DNA from: an uncultured virus (IMG/VR IMGVR_UViG_3300033144_007571)
Lineage: Duplodnaviria > Heunggongvirae > Uroviricota > Caudoviricetes
Reading direction: 5' to 3' (one strand)
Virus record (IMG/VR): IMGVR_UViG_3300033144_007571
DNA: 20,000 nucleotides
A program made the position numbers and the translations under genes. Below, one piece after another: positions 1 through 9,180 of the stretch. Positions within the stretch are counted from its first letter, which is position 1. Each line of letters starts with the position of its first letter. Under the pieces are notes generated by a model. That model worked only from the letters and a program-made list of their open reading frames with translations, did no database searches and was not told the origin of the DNA.

Positions 1-5
1 TATGT

Positions 6-830
6 ATGGTGGTTAATAAAATGATAATACATTCTACTTTTACAAATGGATATTATGAATTTTCTAAGTTGTTTTTGCGCTCTTTCAAAACTTCTAATGG
101 AGAAAACTTAAAAATAGTTTTTACAACATTTGATTTAACTTCTGATGAAATGACTGAACTGAAGAGAATTTATTCTAATCTTATAATTCATAATAAAAAG
201 TTTAATTATAAAGAGATATGTAAAGAGTTGAATATAACAGTCAAACAAGCAAAAGATTTACAGTATAAAGTAGAGCATGAACATGCAAGGAAAAATACAT
301 CCAGACCAAAGTGGAAAATGCATGTTGCTGCGGAGAACCGAGTGAAAATAGATATACCATTCATTATGAAAAAATATGAATCAGAGGAATTGATAGCACA
401 TTTTGATATAGATATGTATTTCAAAAAATCGTTAGATTCTATGTTTAAGATAATGGAAGAAAATGATTTTACAATTATGTATAGGCCTTCCATGAAAAAA
501 GACTGGCGAAAAGTTTGGATGTGTGCTATGGGAATTAAAACCAATAATATTCATGCTTCTAATTTTATAAGTGAGTGGGGAAAAGAGCTTGATAAAATAC
601 CTTTAAGAAATAAACCGTTTGCTTATGGGCAGACTTCTTGTTATAATGCATATGTTAGATTTTTAAAGGAATCTAAGATAAAATTTGGGAATATACCAGA
701 AAAATATATTGTGGCTGGTTTTGATGGGACAGAAGATGCTCTTATTGTTTCTGGAAATAAATCTGCAGTTGGAAAAGATAGATATGTAAGGAGATTTAAT
801 GCAGATTTGAAAAAGAGGATTTTAAAATGA
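6..830 (+). CDS. Putative GT-A fold glycosyltransferase (GT8/nucleotide-diphospho-sugar transferase-like)
   Basis: 274 aa. DxD-type motif after a hydrophobic strand (LIAHFDIDMYF), C-terminal YGQTS motif, and glycan-gene neighbourhood. Start lies at the window edge and is uncertain. Confidence 0.6.
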   Translation: MVVNKMIIHSTFTNGYYEFSKLFLRSFKTSNGENLKIVFTTFDLTSDEMTELKRIYSNLIIHNKKFNYKEICKELNITVKQAKDLQYKVEHEHARKNTSRPKWKMHVAAENRVKIDIPFIMKKYESEELIAHFDIDMYFKKSLDSMFKIMEENDFTIMYRPSMKKDWRKVWMCAMGIKTNNIHASNFISEWGKELDKIPLRNKPFAYGQTSCYNAYVRFLKESKIKFGNIPEKYIVAGFDGTEDALIVSGNKSAVGKDRYVRRFNADLKKRILK

Positions 831-1450
831 AAAATAAAAAAAAGAAATTTGGTGGAGTTTGGAGATTAGAAGAAGAGGTTCCTTGGTTGACAAAAAAATC
901 AGTTGAGTTCATACAAAAAAATATAACTAAACATCATAATGTTTTAGAGTTTGGTTCTGGCGCAAGCACTATATTTTTTGCTAGAAATTGTAATAAAGTT
1001 ATTTCTTTTGAAAGTGGAGGATATAGTGTGAGAGTAAATAATTTGAATAGATCATTACTCTGGTATCAAAGACTTATAGAAAAGATGGAAAAATTTAAAA
1101 TTAAAAACGTGGAACTATATTTGATACAGGGATATCCTGCATCCTCTATAGTTTATGATCATATATTAAACTCTTTACCAAATGATTTTTTTAATTGGGT
1201 TTTAGTAGACGGAAGTAACAGAAATTTATGTATAGAAAGAGGTATAGAGAAACTAGTTATAGGAGGGTATTTAATTATAGATAATTATGATCATCTTCCT
1301 GAAAAGAAATTTCTAACTGATATGAAATTATATATGAAGAACGAATATTGTATAGAAACAATGGATAAATTATTAGATGGTTGGGAGAGATTCAAATTTG
1401 ATCAGAAAGATTGGCCAGGTTTGGGTACAATTATATTTAAAAAACCATAA
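827..1450 (+). CDS. Class I SAM-dependent methyltransferase
   Basis: Motif I VLEFGSGAST, later VLVDG and LIIDN motifs. ATGA overlap with the upstream gene. Confidence 0.8.
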   Translation: MKNKKKKFGGVWRLEEEVPWLTKKSVEFIQKNITKHHNVLEFGSGASTIFFARNCNKVISFESGGYSVRVNNLNRSLLWYQRLIEKMEKFKIKNVELYLIQGYPASSIVYDHILNSLPNDFFNWVLVDGSNRNLCIERGIEKLVIGGYLIIDNYDHLPEKKFLTDMKLYMKNEYCIETMDKLLDGWERFKFDQKDWPGLGTIIFKKP

Positions 1451-1459
1451 GGAATAAAA

Positions 1460-1987
1460 ATGGCAATTAGAAAGATAACTATTAAATACATACAAGAAAT
1501 GATAGATCTTGTTGGATTTAAAATGAAGAACCTTAGAATGTGTGAACTAGGAAATCAACTCATTATGGATAATTATGTACCCTTTAAAGTTGCGAAGAAA
1601 TATTATGAATCACTTGGTGTTATACATACTTCAATTGATTGGAATGGTGAAGATGGAGCATTACCTCTTGATCTCAATAATCCTATTTCTATTGGTAAGT
1701 TTGATGTAATTACAAGCGTTGGTTTTATTGAGCATGTTAAAAACGAAGAACAATTAAATGAAAATATACATAACTTAACTGTTGATGGTGGTATTATTAT
1801 TCATATTGCCCCAAAGGTGGGAAGTTATAAAAAACATAAATGTCATAGATGGTATGTTGAAGACTTTTTTTATGATCTTGCTAAAGAAAGAAACTATGAA
1901 ATATTAGATATGGGAATTATTAATCCAAAGAATATGAAAAGTTTTGATTGTATTAGATGTACTTTAAAGAAACTGGGGGAAAAATGA
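1460..1987 (+). CDS. Class I SAM-dependent methyltransferase
   Basis: MCELGNQ (motif I), SIDWNG...LDLN, FDVITSVGFIEHV and GGIIIH. SD AAGGA upstream. Confidence 0.75.
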   Translation: MAIRKITIKYIQEMIDLVGFKMKNLRMCELGNQLIMDNYVPFKVAKKYYESLGVIHTSIDWNGEDGALPLDLNNPISIGKFDVITSVGFIEHVKNEEQLNENIHNLTVDGGIIIHIAPKVGSYKKHKCHRWYVEDFFYDLAKERNYEILDMGIINPKNMKSFDCIRCTLKKLGEK

Positions 1988-2922
1988 AATATTTAATAAC
2001 TGGCGGCTCGGGTTTTATTGGAACAAATTTAATTTTAAAGCTTTTAGAATTAGGCCACGAAGTAACTACTATAGATAAAGAAGACTTAAATGATGCTGTG
2101 CGTGGAGGTGTGATACATCTATTTGCTGATGTTAGTAAAGATGACTTAACTCCATGGTATGAGAAACAAGATGTAGTTATTCATTTAGCAGCACAAAGCG
2201 GAGTAGTACCTTCTATTGAAGATCCAGAGTATAATTTTCATAACAATGTTTTAGGGACTTTTAACTGTTTGGAATCTACAAGAAAAGCTGGAGTAACAAG
2301 ATTTGTATTCGCATCTTCGGGTGGAACTGTTGTTGGAGATTGTGATCCTCCTCTACATGAAGAGTTAGTTCCCAAACCTAGAACTCCATACGGTTGTAGT
2401 AAATTATGTGGAGAAGCATATTGTATGGCATATTCTGCTACATATGGAATAGATGCTGTAGCTTTAAGGTTTTCTAATGTATATGGTCCTCATTCATTAG
2501 CTAAAACTCACAACTTAATTCCTTCGTTTATAATGAACGCTATTGAAGATAAAGTATGTACAATTTATGGAGATGGATCATTTAAAAAAGATTATATTTA
2601 TGTTGAGGATTTGATTCAAGGTATCATACTGGCTTCTATATCTGAAGGGGTAGCAGGAGAAGTTATTCAAATTGCTACTGGTGCTGGAAATGATGTAAAA
2701 ACAATTTTTGATATTATAGAAACATTAGCAGCGAATATTTGTAAGAGAAAATTAAAAGTTGAATATGGCGAAAGTAGATCTGGAGATATTAACTATGATT
2801 ACTGTGATATTAGTAAAGCTGAACGAATTCTTAAGTATTCTCCTAAGCATAATGTATATGATGGGATTGTGAAAACTTTTGAATGGTATACAAAAAATTA
2901 TGGAGGAAATAAGAATGGATAA
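1984..2922 (+). CDS. NAD-dependent NDP-sugar epimerase/dehydratase (GalE/WbpP-like extended SDR)
   Basis: TGGSGFIG, HLAA, ASS, YGCSK (YxxxK), LRFSNVYGP and IYGDG...DYIYVED. Start placed at ATG 1984 (ATGA overlap, GGGGGA SD). Confidence 0.9.
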   Translation: MKYLITGGSGFIGTNLILKLLELGHEVTTIDKEDLNDAVRGGVIHLFADVSKDDLTPWYEKQDVVIHLAAQSGVVPSIEDPEYNFHNNVLGTFNCLESTRKAGVTRFVFASSGGTVVGDCDPPLHEELVPKPRTPYGCSKLCGEAYCMAYSATYGIDAVALRFSNVYGPHSLAKTHNLIPSFIMNAIEDKVCTIYGDGSFKKDYIYVEDLIQGIILASISEGVAGEVIQIATGAGNDVKTIFDIIETLAANICKRKLKVEYGESRSGDINYDYCDISKAERILKYSPKHNVYDGIVKTFEWYTKNYGGNKNG

Positions 2923-4117
2923 TATAATTGTTTTTGGGGGAGATGGTTTTTGTGGATGGCCAACTAGTTTGGGACTTTCTGCTCTCGGTTATAATATAAC
3001 TATTGTTGATAACTTAGTTCGTAGAAAAACAGATATTGAATTGGCATGTGATTCTCTTACTCCAATAAAATCTATTTATAAAAGACTTGAAACATGGAAA
3101 AGAATAACAGGCAAAACAATCCATTTTGAATATATTGATGTAGCAGATCATTATCATCGAGTTTTAACATTAATACAAGATCTCAAACCGAAAGCTATAG
3201 TTCATTTTGCTGAGCAACGAGCTGCACCTTATTCAATGAAATCTCCTTTTCATAAACGATATACTGTAAATAATAATGTTAATGCTACTAATAATATTTT
3301 ATGTGCTATTGTTGAGTCTGGTATTGATGTTCATATGGTTCATTTAGGAACAACTGGATACTATGGATACTCTTCAGTAGGAATGAAAATTCCTGAAGGG
3401 TATTTAAAAGTTAGAGTTGATGTTGAAGGAGTTGAAAAAGAATTAGAAATTATGTATCCTCCACACCCTGGTTCAATTTATCATATGACGAAATGTCAAG
3501 ATGCTATTATGTTTTATTACTACAATAAAAATGATGGAGTACGCATTACAGATTTACATCAAGGAATTGTTTGGGGTACTGAAACAGATGAGACAAAAAT
3601 AGATGATAATCTTATTAACAGGTTTGATTATGATGGAGATTATGGAACAGTTTTAAACAGATTTTTAATGCAAGCTGCTGTTGGTCATCCATTGACAGTT
3701 CACGGTACAGGAGGACAAACTCGAGCATTTATACATATAAAAGATACTGTTAAGTGTGTAAAGATGGCAATAGAAAATCCCCCTGAAAAAGAGGACAAAG
3801 TTAAAATATTTAATCAGACTTCAGAATGTTTAAATATAAAAGATTTGGCATTGAAAATACAATCAATGACTAGATCTCAAGTTAGATATTATAAAAATCC
3901 AAGAAATGAAGATCCAAAAAATGATCTTGAATTTGTGAATGAGGGGTTTAAAAGTTTGGGGTGGAATCCAATTATGTTGGATGATGGTCTTATGATTGAA
4001 ATAAATCAGATTGCAAAAAAATATAGTGGTAGATGTGATAAATCGAAGATTATTGCTACATCTGTTTGGAAAGAAGGAATGGATGTTGATAGAGTAGGTA
4101 GTGAGGTTGAGGTTTAA
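2915..4117 (+). CDS. sqdB: UDP-sulfoquinovose synthase (SqdB/SQD1/Agl3 family)
   Basis: Family motifs GGDGFCGWPT, HFAEQRAAPYSM, HLGT, PGSIYHMTK, TDLHQGIVWG, RFDYDGDYGTVLNRF and HPLTVHGTGGQTRAFIHI. ATG 2915 follows GGAGG; 400 aa. Confidence 0.93.
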   Translation: MDNIIVFGGDGFCGWPTSLGLSALGYNITIVDNLVRRKTDIELACDSLTPIKSIYKRLETWKRITGKTIHFEYIDVADHYHRVLTLIQDLKPKAIVHFAEQRAAPYSMKSPFHKRYTVNNNVNATNNILCAIVESGIDVHMVHLGTTGYYGYSSVGMKIPEGYLKVRVDVEGVEKELEIMYPPHPGSIYHMTKCQDAIMFYYYNKNDGVRITDLHQGIVWGTETDETKIDDNLINRFDYDGDYGTVLNRFLMQAAVGHPLTVHGTGGQTRAFIHIKDTVKCVKMAIENPPEKEDKVKIFNQTSECLNIKDLALKIQSMTRSQVRYYKNPRNEDPKNDLEFVNEGFKSLGWNPIMLDDGLMIEINQIAKKYSGRCDKSKIIATSVWKEGMDVDRVGSEVEV

Positions 4118-4821
4118 TGAAAATTTTAGTTATTGGTTTTCCTAGAAGTGGAACGACTCTAATGTATAGGACAATCAGAAGACATCCACAAATGGATAAA
4201 ATGTTATTTGAAACAAATATGATGAAATTAATAGGAACTCAAAGAGAAAGTAGATTAAATTTAGTATTCCCAAAAGGAAAAAATATTGGAGAAAAAGTTA
4301 TTTATGAAAGAGAGATAATGGGAAAGAAACGTAGTAATGCTCCAACCCCATTTGAATATTGTAAGAGATGGAATAAAATGTTTAAGAAAGAAGCCAGAAT
4401 CATTCAAATTATAAGACACCCTTATGATGTTTGGAACTCTCTTTTAATAAAAAAATATGTACGAAGAGATATAAAATATGCTATCATTAAAATGGAGGAA
4501 AGATACTTTAATTTTGTCCCTACTTATTTTACTGCGATTGATAGATTCAAAAATTGTTTGACTATCAAATATGAAGATATAGTATCAAACCCAGAGATTG
4601 TTATTCCAAAAATTTATAAGCATTGTGGATTGGACCCAAAACACTTCCCTAAAGAAGAAATGAGATCATCAAGACTTTTTGCTTATAAAAGAAAGGGATT
4701 TAGAATTAATGAACCAAGATTGAGAGGTCAAAGAAATAAATTTGTGAAAATAATGAATAAGAATATTGATGAGTGTTTAGAAATACTTAATCAGTTTCCT
4801 GGTCCGGAGTATGAGAAGTGA
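4117..4821 (+). CDS. PAPS-dependent sulfotransferase family protein
   Basis: 5'-PSB loop GFPRSGTT, 3'-PB motif IIRHPYDVWNS and IKYEDIV. Confidence 0.85.
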   Translation: MKILVIGFPRSGTTLMYRTIRRHPQMDKMLFETNMMKLIGTQRESRLNLVFPKGKNIGEKVIYEREIMGKKRSNAPTPFEYCKRWNKMFKKEARIIQIIRHPYDVWNSLLIKKYVRRDIKYAIIKMEERYFNFVPTYFTAIDRFKNCLTIKYEDIVSNPEIVIPKIYKHCGLDPKHFPKEEMRSSRLFAYKRKGFRINEPRLRGQRNKFVKIMNKNIDECLEILNQFPGPEYEK

Positions 4822-5507
4822 GAGTTATAAATACTATAGAAAAAGGACCGTGGTATCGGTATGATTTTTCTGAAAAAAGTGATCATCTAATTATTGGTTT
4901 TGGAAGTATTAGAATGTTTAATCGTCAAAAGAAAAGGGGTTTTGAATGGGATAATTTGTTAAAATATAAATTTGGTCATTTAAAGTTCAATAGTCTATTT
5001 GTTGGAGATGTAAATAACTCTTGGTGGCATACAGATTATGAAGGGTTGCCAGGATATGGTCCTCTTGTTCTAAGAGATTTTCTTTTAAGAAAGATAAAAG
5101 AGTCGGGTGCAACGAAAACTTTATGTTTGGGTGTGTCAATGGGAGGTTATGGAGCAATACTTTTTGGGTGTTTAACTGGAGCAACACAAACTATGTCATT
5201 TTCACCACAGACCAACTTGTCGGAAGGAAGAAGAAGGAGGTCTTTAAGTAGAAAATTTGATGGTTTTGATGTTGATGAAAGGTTCACGGATTTACAAAGA
5301 GTACTTTTAGAACAAAATAATAATAAAACTATTTATAAAATATGGTATGGAAGTCTAAATGGAAATGACAAGAATGCTGCAAATAGAATTTCTAAAGATA
5401 AGAACGTTTTCATATATCCTGTTAAGACTAGGAAACACAATCCAATAAAGCTTGTTTTAAAGTCAGGTGTTTTTAAGAAAGAAATAGAGAGTTTTATTAG
5501 GGGGTAA
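4818..5507 (+). CDS. Alpha/beta hydrolase-fold protein (putative esterase)
   Basis: Nucleophile elbow LGVSMGGYGA (GxSxG), SFSPQT and a C-terminal His. GTG start overlapping the upstream stop. Confidence 0.7.
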   Translation: MRVINTIEKGPWYRYDFSEKSDHLIIGFGSIRMFNRQKKRGFEWDNLLKYKFGHLKFNSLFVGDVNNSWWHTDYEGLPGYGPLVLRDFLLRKIKESGATKTLCLGVSMGGYGAILFGCLTGATQTMSFSPQTNLSEGRRRRSLSRKFDGFDVDERFTDLQRVLLEQNNNKTIYKIWYGSLNGNDKNAANRISKDKNVFIYPVKTRKHNPIKLVLKSGVFKKEIESFIRG

Positions 5508-5509
5508 CT

Positions 5510-5830
5510 ATGGGGTGTACAGAGAATAAAGGAATATGGAGATGTGATGATTGGGTCGACGCATGGGATTTATCTAAATTTTATGGATGTACTGAATCTC
5601 CTAATATTGTAATTGATTTTGATAATATTGATTGTGATGGAGGAACAACCCTAGCAGAAGTAAATCGAAATGGTGAAAGATTTTGGACTAGAGTTATTGA
5701 TTGTCCTAGATGTGAAGTAATTGTAGCAATTGTAATATGTGATTTGGTTTTTGACCATCCATTTTCAAAGGGAGATAGAGTACAATATGAACTAAGGAAT
5801 GTTTATAATATTAGAACAATTGGAGAATAA
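5510..5830 (+). CDS. Hypothetical Cys-rich protein
   Basis: 106 aa ORF in operon, AGGGG SD, CPRC motif. No family recognised. Confidence 0.65.
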   Translation: MGCTENKGIWRCDDWVDAWDLSKFYGCTESPNIVIDFDNIDCDGGTTLAEVNRNGERFWTRVIDCPRCEVIVAIVICDLVFDHPFSKGDRVQYELRNVYNIRTIGE

Positions 5831-5833
5831 AAA

Positions 5834-6208
5834 ATGGTATATTGGTTCACGGGAAAATCTAGTTCAGGAAAAACTGTATATGCTAAAAGACTTAAAAGAG
5901 AATTTGAAATGTCTGGTAAAACAGTTCTTCTTTTGGATGGAGATGAGGTAAGAGATATATTTAAAAATGATAAGTATGAGGACGACGCAAGAGAGGCTCA
6001 TATTATGAGGATTGCTGGGTTTGCTTCAATCGCAGAGAAACAAGGAATCACAGTTATAATTTCATTAGTATCTCCAAAAAAAGAGTGGAGAATGAAGGCA
6101 AGAAAAATGTTTGAAAAATCAATGCTTATTTATATGCCAGGTGGCTTCTTATGGGAGGGATCTACATATGAGGAACCTGACCATGAGGAAATGATGTGTG
6201 AGGGGTAA
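5834..6208 (+). CDS. cysC: Adenylylsulfate (APS) kinase-like, short form lacking the lid
   Basis: YWFTGKSSSGKT P-loop, LLDGDEVR, ISLVSP and YEEP motifs. Only 124 aa; the RDPKGLY lid segment is absent. Confidence 0.8.
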   Translation: MVYWFTGKSSSGKTVYAKRLKREFEMSGKTVLLLDGDEVRDIFKNDKYEDDAREAHIMRIAGFASIAEKQGITVIISLVSPKKEWRMKARKMFEKSMLIYMPGGFLWEGSTYEEPDHEEMMCEG

Positions 6209-6212
6209 TAAC

Positions 6213-6488
6213 ATGGAAGAAAATAATACAGATACAAATTTACCACAACCAAATATGACAGTTAGATGGACTAATCGTAGAAGAATGGCATGGACAGCAT
6301 TAGTTTCTATGATACTTGTTACAATATTGATTCTTTTTACAGATCTGGTACCTGATACTCGTTTAAAAATTCTTAGTGAAGTTATAACGTGGTTTTATTT
6401 TTGTTCAGTTTCTGTTGTTGGAGCATATATGGGGCTTACAACATATGCGAGTGTGAAGGGTCTAAGGGAGGAAAAATATCGTGCTTGA
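6213..6488 (+). CDS. Two-TM membrane protein (holin-like)
   Basis: WTNRRRMAW followed by two hydrophobic helices and a charged C-terminus. ATG 6213 follows GAGGGG. Confidence 0.6.
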   Translation: MEENNTDTNLPQPNMTVRWTNRRRMAWTALVSMILVTILILFTDLVPDTRLKILSEVITWFYFCSVSVVGAYMGLTTYASVKGLREEKYRA

Positions 6489-7017
6489 CTCATATTTAGA
6501 TTATATACAGGAAGGTTATATAATTAGTGACAAGACTGTATCGGTAAACTTAGATGAGTTCGAGAATGGAACGAAAAATAAACTTCTTATTGTAGGGGTC
6601 TTAGGATCAGGTAAGACATCATTAGCAGAGTATATAGCAAAGAAATATAATGTACCCCTTATAAGTGATGCGTCAGATATAATAATAAAATCATTAAAAG
6701 ATTCTAAAAGAAATATAATAGAAGGATCCCAAATTGCACGGTTATATAAAGATAATCCTAGCTACAGAAAATTTATACTTAATGAACCAATGATCATAAT
6801 AGGAATGTCAGCAATAAGAGCTGGTTTAAGGGCTGATAAACGAGATGGAACAACTATTACTGGTGCAAAGAATTGGAAAGATATACATCACTTTGTTAGA
6901 GTAAATATTAAAAAAACTCAAGGATATCTTAACTTTTTAAGAGAAGATGTTATGAAAATTCCTAGTGCTAAAATAAAAGAATATAAGATCCCTAAATTTA
7001 AAACAGTTCGATATTAA
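6481..7017 (+). CDS. P-loop NTPase / nucleotide-kinase-like protein
   Basis: LLIVGVLGSGKT Walker A and IIEG. GTG start after GGAGG. Confidence 0.65.
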   Translation: MLDSYLDYIQEGYIISDKTVSVNLDEFENGTKNKLLIVGVLGSGKTSLAEYIAKKYNVPLISDASDIIIKSLKDSKRNIIEGSQIARLYKDNPSYRKFILNEPMIIIGMSAIRAGLRADKRDGTTITGAKNWKDIHHFVRVNIKKTQGYLNFLREDVMKIPSAKIKEYKIPKFKTVRY

Positions 7018-7029
7018 ATGGAGACTAAT

Positions 7030-7188
7030 ATGGAAATTTTAAAAGTAACAGAGAATAAAGATGGAAGCGCAGAAGTAAATATGAATCTAACTACAGAAGA
7101 AAATAGACTATTAATAGAATATGCAGTTAATGATCTTCTGAGGAAATGCTGCATTAAAGGGATGGAGAAAGAAAATGTCAAGACCTGA
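7030..7188 (+). CDS. Small hypothetical protein (52 aa, MEILKVTENKDGSAEV...)
   Basis: Manually translated ORF filling the gap. GGAG SD at 7020-7023; overlaps the next start. Confidence 0.65.
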   Translation: MEILKVTENKDGSAEVNMNLTTEENRLLIEYAVNDLLRKCCIKGMEKENVKT

Positions 7189-7870
7189 AAATCCAGAAAC
7201 AATTGTAATAAAAAATAAGTATTACCCAAAGGGTGTTAGGGAAATTGACGTTTGGAATTATTATCAGAAAGTTAAATCAAAAATGCTAAATGAAACAAAA
7301 AATAGAGATTTAATGTTTATGATTATGGTAGATGTCAATAAACCCATTATTAGAAGAAAACTTTACGATAAATTTATTAGATTAACTCCACAAAATTATG
7401 ATACACTTATTACAGGTAGAACAGTTGCTATTTATTCTGCTATGGGAGCAACGGAAAGTATAGGAATCATAGATATTGACATTAATCCATCTGATGGAAT
7501 CCGATGGGCAAATCAAGCAGCATTTGATGTATATGACTATGTAATGGATAGTGTTCCTCTTATTCGTAGCGCTTCTATTCGGTTTACAGGAAAAACTTCA
7601 TATCATATTATATGTGATTTTCAAAGGAAAATGAAAATTGATGTTATTCGATTTCTGCTTAAAAAATTTTTAGGTGATTCAAAGTTAACAAATAAATATA
7701 CAATACAATCTAAGAGAAGAGCAGGAGTTCCGAATTTAGATCTTGCTCCAAATAAATTTAGGGGAAATTATATAACACTCCATTCTCTTTCTATATTAGG
7801 ACTACAATGTATGGACGTTCCATATAATAAAATATTAAGATTTGATCCAAATTATGCTAGGATTAAATAG
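7175..7870 (+). CDS. Stand-alone archaeo-eukaryotic primase/polymerase, LigD polymerase-domain-like
   Basis: N-terminal VWNYYQKV...NRDLM resembles LigD-Pol. AEP motif I IIDIDI, motif II FTGKTSYHI, motif III NLD. Confidence 0.7.
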   Translation: MSRPENPETIVIKNKYYPKGVREIDVWNYYQKVKSKMLNETKNRDLMFMIMVDVNKPIIRRKLYDKFIRLTPQNYDTLITGRTVAIYSAMGATESIGIIDIDINPSDGIRWANQAAFDVYDYVMDSVPLIRSASIRFTGKTSYHIICDFQRKMKIDVIRFLLKKFLGDSKLTNKYTIQSKRRAGVPNLDLAPNKFRGNYITLHSLSILGLQCMDVPYNKILRFDPNYARIK

Positions 7871-7881
7871 GAGTAAAAATA

Positions 7882-8736
7882 ATGGATATTAGAGAACCAG
7901 ATGTTATGCATTTTAATTTAAATTATATGAAAGACCCAACAGATAGAAGAGATTTTGCATTTACAAAATCGTTATCAAAGAAAAAATTAAAAAGAGCTTT
8001 ACGAAGAGCTCCAAGAAGGTTAGATCATTCTTTAAATATGAGTCCTGTGAAAAATCAAGGTCGGTTAGGGTCTTGTGTTGGATTTGCTGCTTCTGCAATG
8101 AAAGAATGGCAAGAGCAAGTTGAGCATTTGAAGGAAGTGGAAAAAGGGAAGAAAAATCATAGAGACGACAAATATTATGATCTTTCTGAAGCATGGATAT
8201 ATTGGATGTGTAAGAAAATTGATCCCTGGCCAAATTCTGAGGGAACTTCAATTAGATGCGCTATGAAAGTCCTTAGAAAATTGGGTGTCCCTTGTGAGAA
8301 AGCATGGCCATACAGTGATAGAGTTTATGGTCATCCAAAAAAATGGGCAAGGCTCGTTGCTCGTTGGTCACTGATTCATAGTTATTGGAGAGTGAATAAT
8401 TTAAAGGAGCTTCGACTAGCTCTTTTAAAAGGTCCAGTTGTTATTGGAATTGGGTGTTATGAAGAGATATTCAATGTTGGAAAAAATGGAGTTGTTAAAG
8501 ATCCCGCTAATCCTAATTATTGTTATGGAGGGCATGCTATTTGTGCTGTAGGATATGATAATAAAAGAAAAAGAATTAAGTTTAAAAATAGTTGGGGAAA
8601 ATCCTGGGGTCAAGATGGGTATGGCTATTTAAGCTACAGATATATAAAAAAATATATGTGGGATGCTTGGACTTGTAAAGATTTGAGTGTGACAAAAAAG
8701 ATGCTGAAAAGAACTAAAAAATTGATTGGAGTATAA
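7882..8736 (+). CDS. Papain-like cysteine peptidase (C1 family)
   Basis: NQGRLGSCVGFA (oxyanion Q, catalytic C), GGHAICAVGY (H), FKNSWG (N) and WGQDGYG. Pro-region D..DRRD motif. Confidence 0.92.
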   Translation: MDIREPDVMHFNLNYMKDPTDRRDFAFTKSLSKKKLKRALRRAPRRLDHSLNMSPVKNQGRLGSCVGFAASAMKEWQEQVEHLKEVEKGKKNHRDDKYYDLSEAWIYWMCKKIDPWPNSEGTSIRCAMKVLRKLGVPCEKAWPYSDRVYGHPKKWARLVARWSLIHSYWRVNNLKELRLALLKGPVVIGIGCYEEIFNVGKNGVVKDPANPNYCYGGHAICAVGYDNKRKRIKFKNSWGKSWGQDGYGYLSYRYIKKYMWDAWTCKDLSVTKKMLKRTKKLIGV

Positions 8737-8877
8737 ATGGATATAATAAAGGTATGTTTTAAGCTAATTGGACTAACATTTAAACTGATATTTTTAATGT
8801 TTATGCGCGATTTCTTTTCTCTTTGTATCCAAATATATGATGCGTTTTATCGGATTTTTCAAATAAAAAGGACATAA
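8737..8877 (+). CDS. Small hydrophobic hypothetical protein (46 aa)
   Basis: ATG immediately after the peptidase stop, with GGAG SD inside the peptidase end. Translation MDIIKVCFKLIGLTFKLIFLMFMRDF... Confidence 0.4.
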   Translation: MDIIKVCFKLIGLTFKLIFLMFMRDFFSLCIQIYDAFYRIFQIKRT

Positions 8878-8917
8878 AGGAACAAAAAAATAATAGGATA
8901 TTAAGAAGATTGTTATT

Positions 8918-8948
8918 AAAAAAAGATCCTTTGTAATGGATCCCTTTT
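8918..8948. terminator. Intrinsic terminator between convergent units
   Basis: Minus strand AAAAGGGATCC-attacaaa-GGATCTTTTTTT, with A/T tracts on both sides. A second hairpin GCATAGA/TCTATGC lies at 8949-8976. Confidence 0.7.
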
Positions 8949-8987
8949 GCATAGATTCTGTTCCCAAGCTCTATGCTGCTCGGAGGC

Positions 8988-9140
8988 TTACTCGGCCGGG
9001 TCAGGATCTGAAATCCAAGTCCAAAGACGAGGTTCCCGTTCCTGCTGTCGTTTTTCACAACAGGTGGCTGGACTATTAGGATCAACCACTTTGTCGCAAA
9101 ATTGACACCGGGTTACGAATTGATTGTTAGAGTATGTCAT
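8988..9140 (-). CDS. Small Cys-rich hypothetical protein (50 aa, MTYSNNQFVTRCQFCDKVVDPNSPATCCEKRQQ...)
   Basis: Perfect SD AAGGAGG upstream of ATG 9140, CxxC...CC putative metal site, and terminator hairpins after the stop. Confidence 0.75.
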   Translation of the reverse strand: MTYSNNQFVTRCQFCDKVVDPNSPATCCEKRQQEREPRLWTWISDPDPAE

Positions 9141-9180
9141 ATTTTATATCCTCCTTAGGTTTAGGTTAATATATGTATGA

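Noticed and set aside
8801..9085. 94-aa minus-strand ORF from the track
   Set aside because: No SD, and it runs through terminator hairpins. The overlapping 50-aa frame (8988-9140) has a perfect SD and ends before the terminators.
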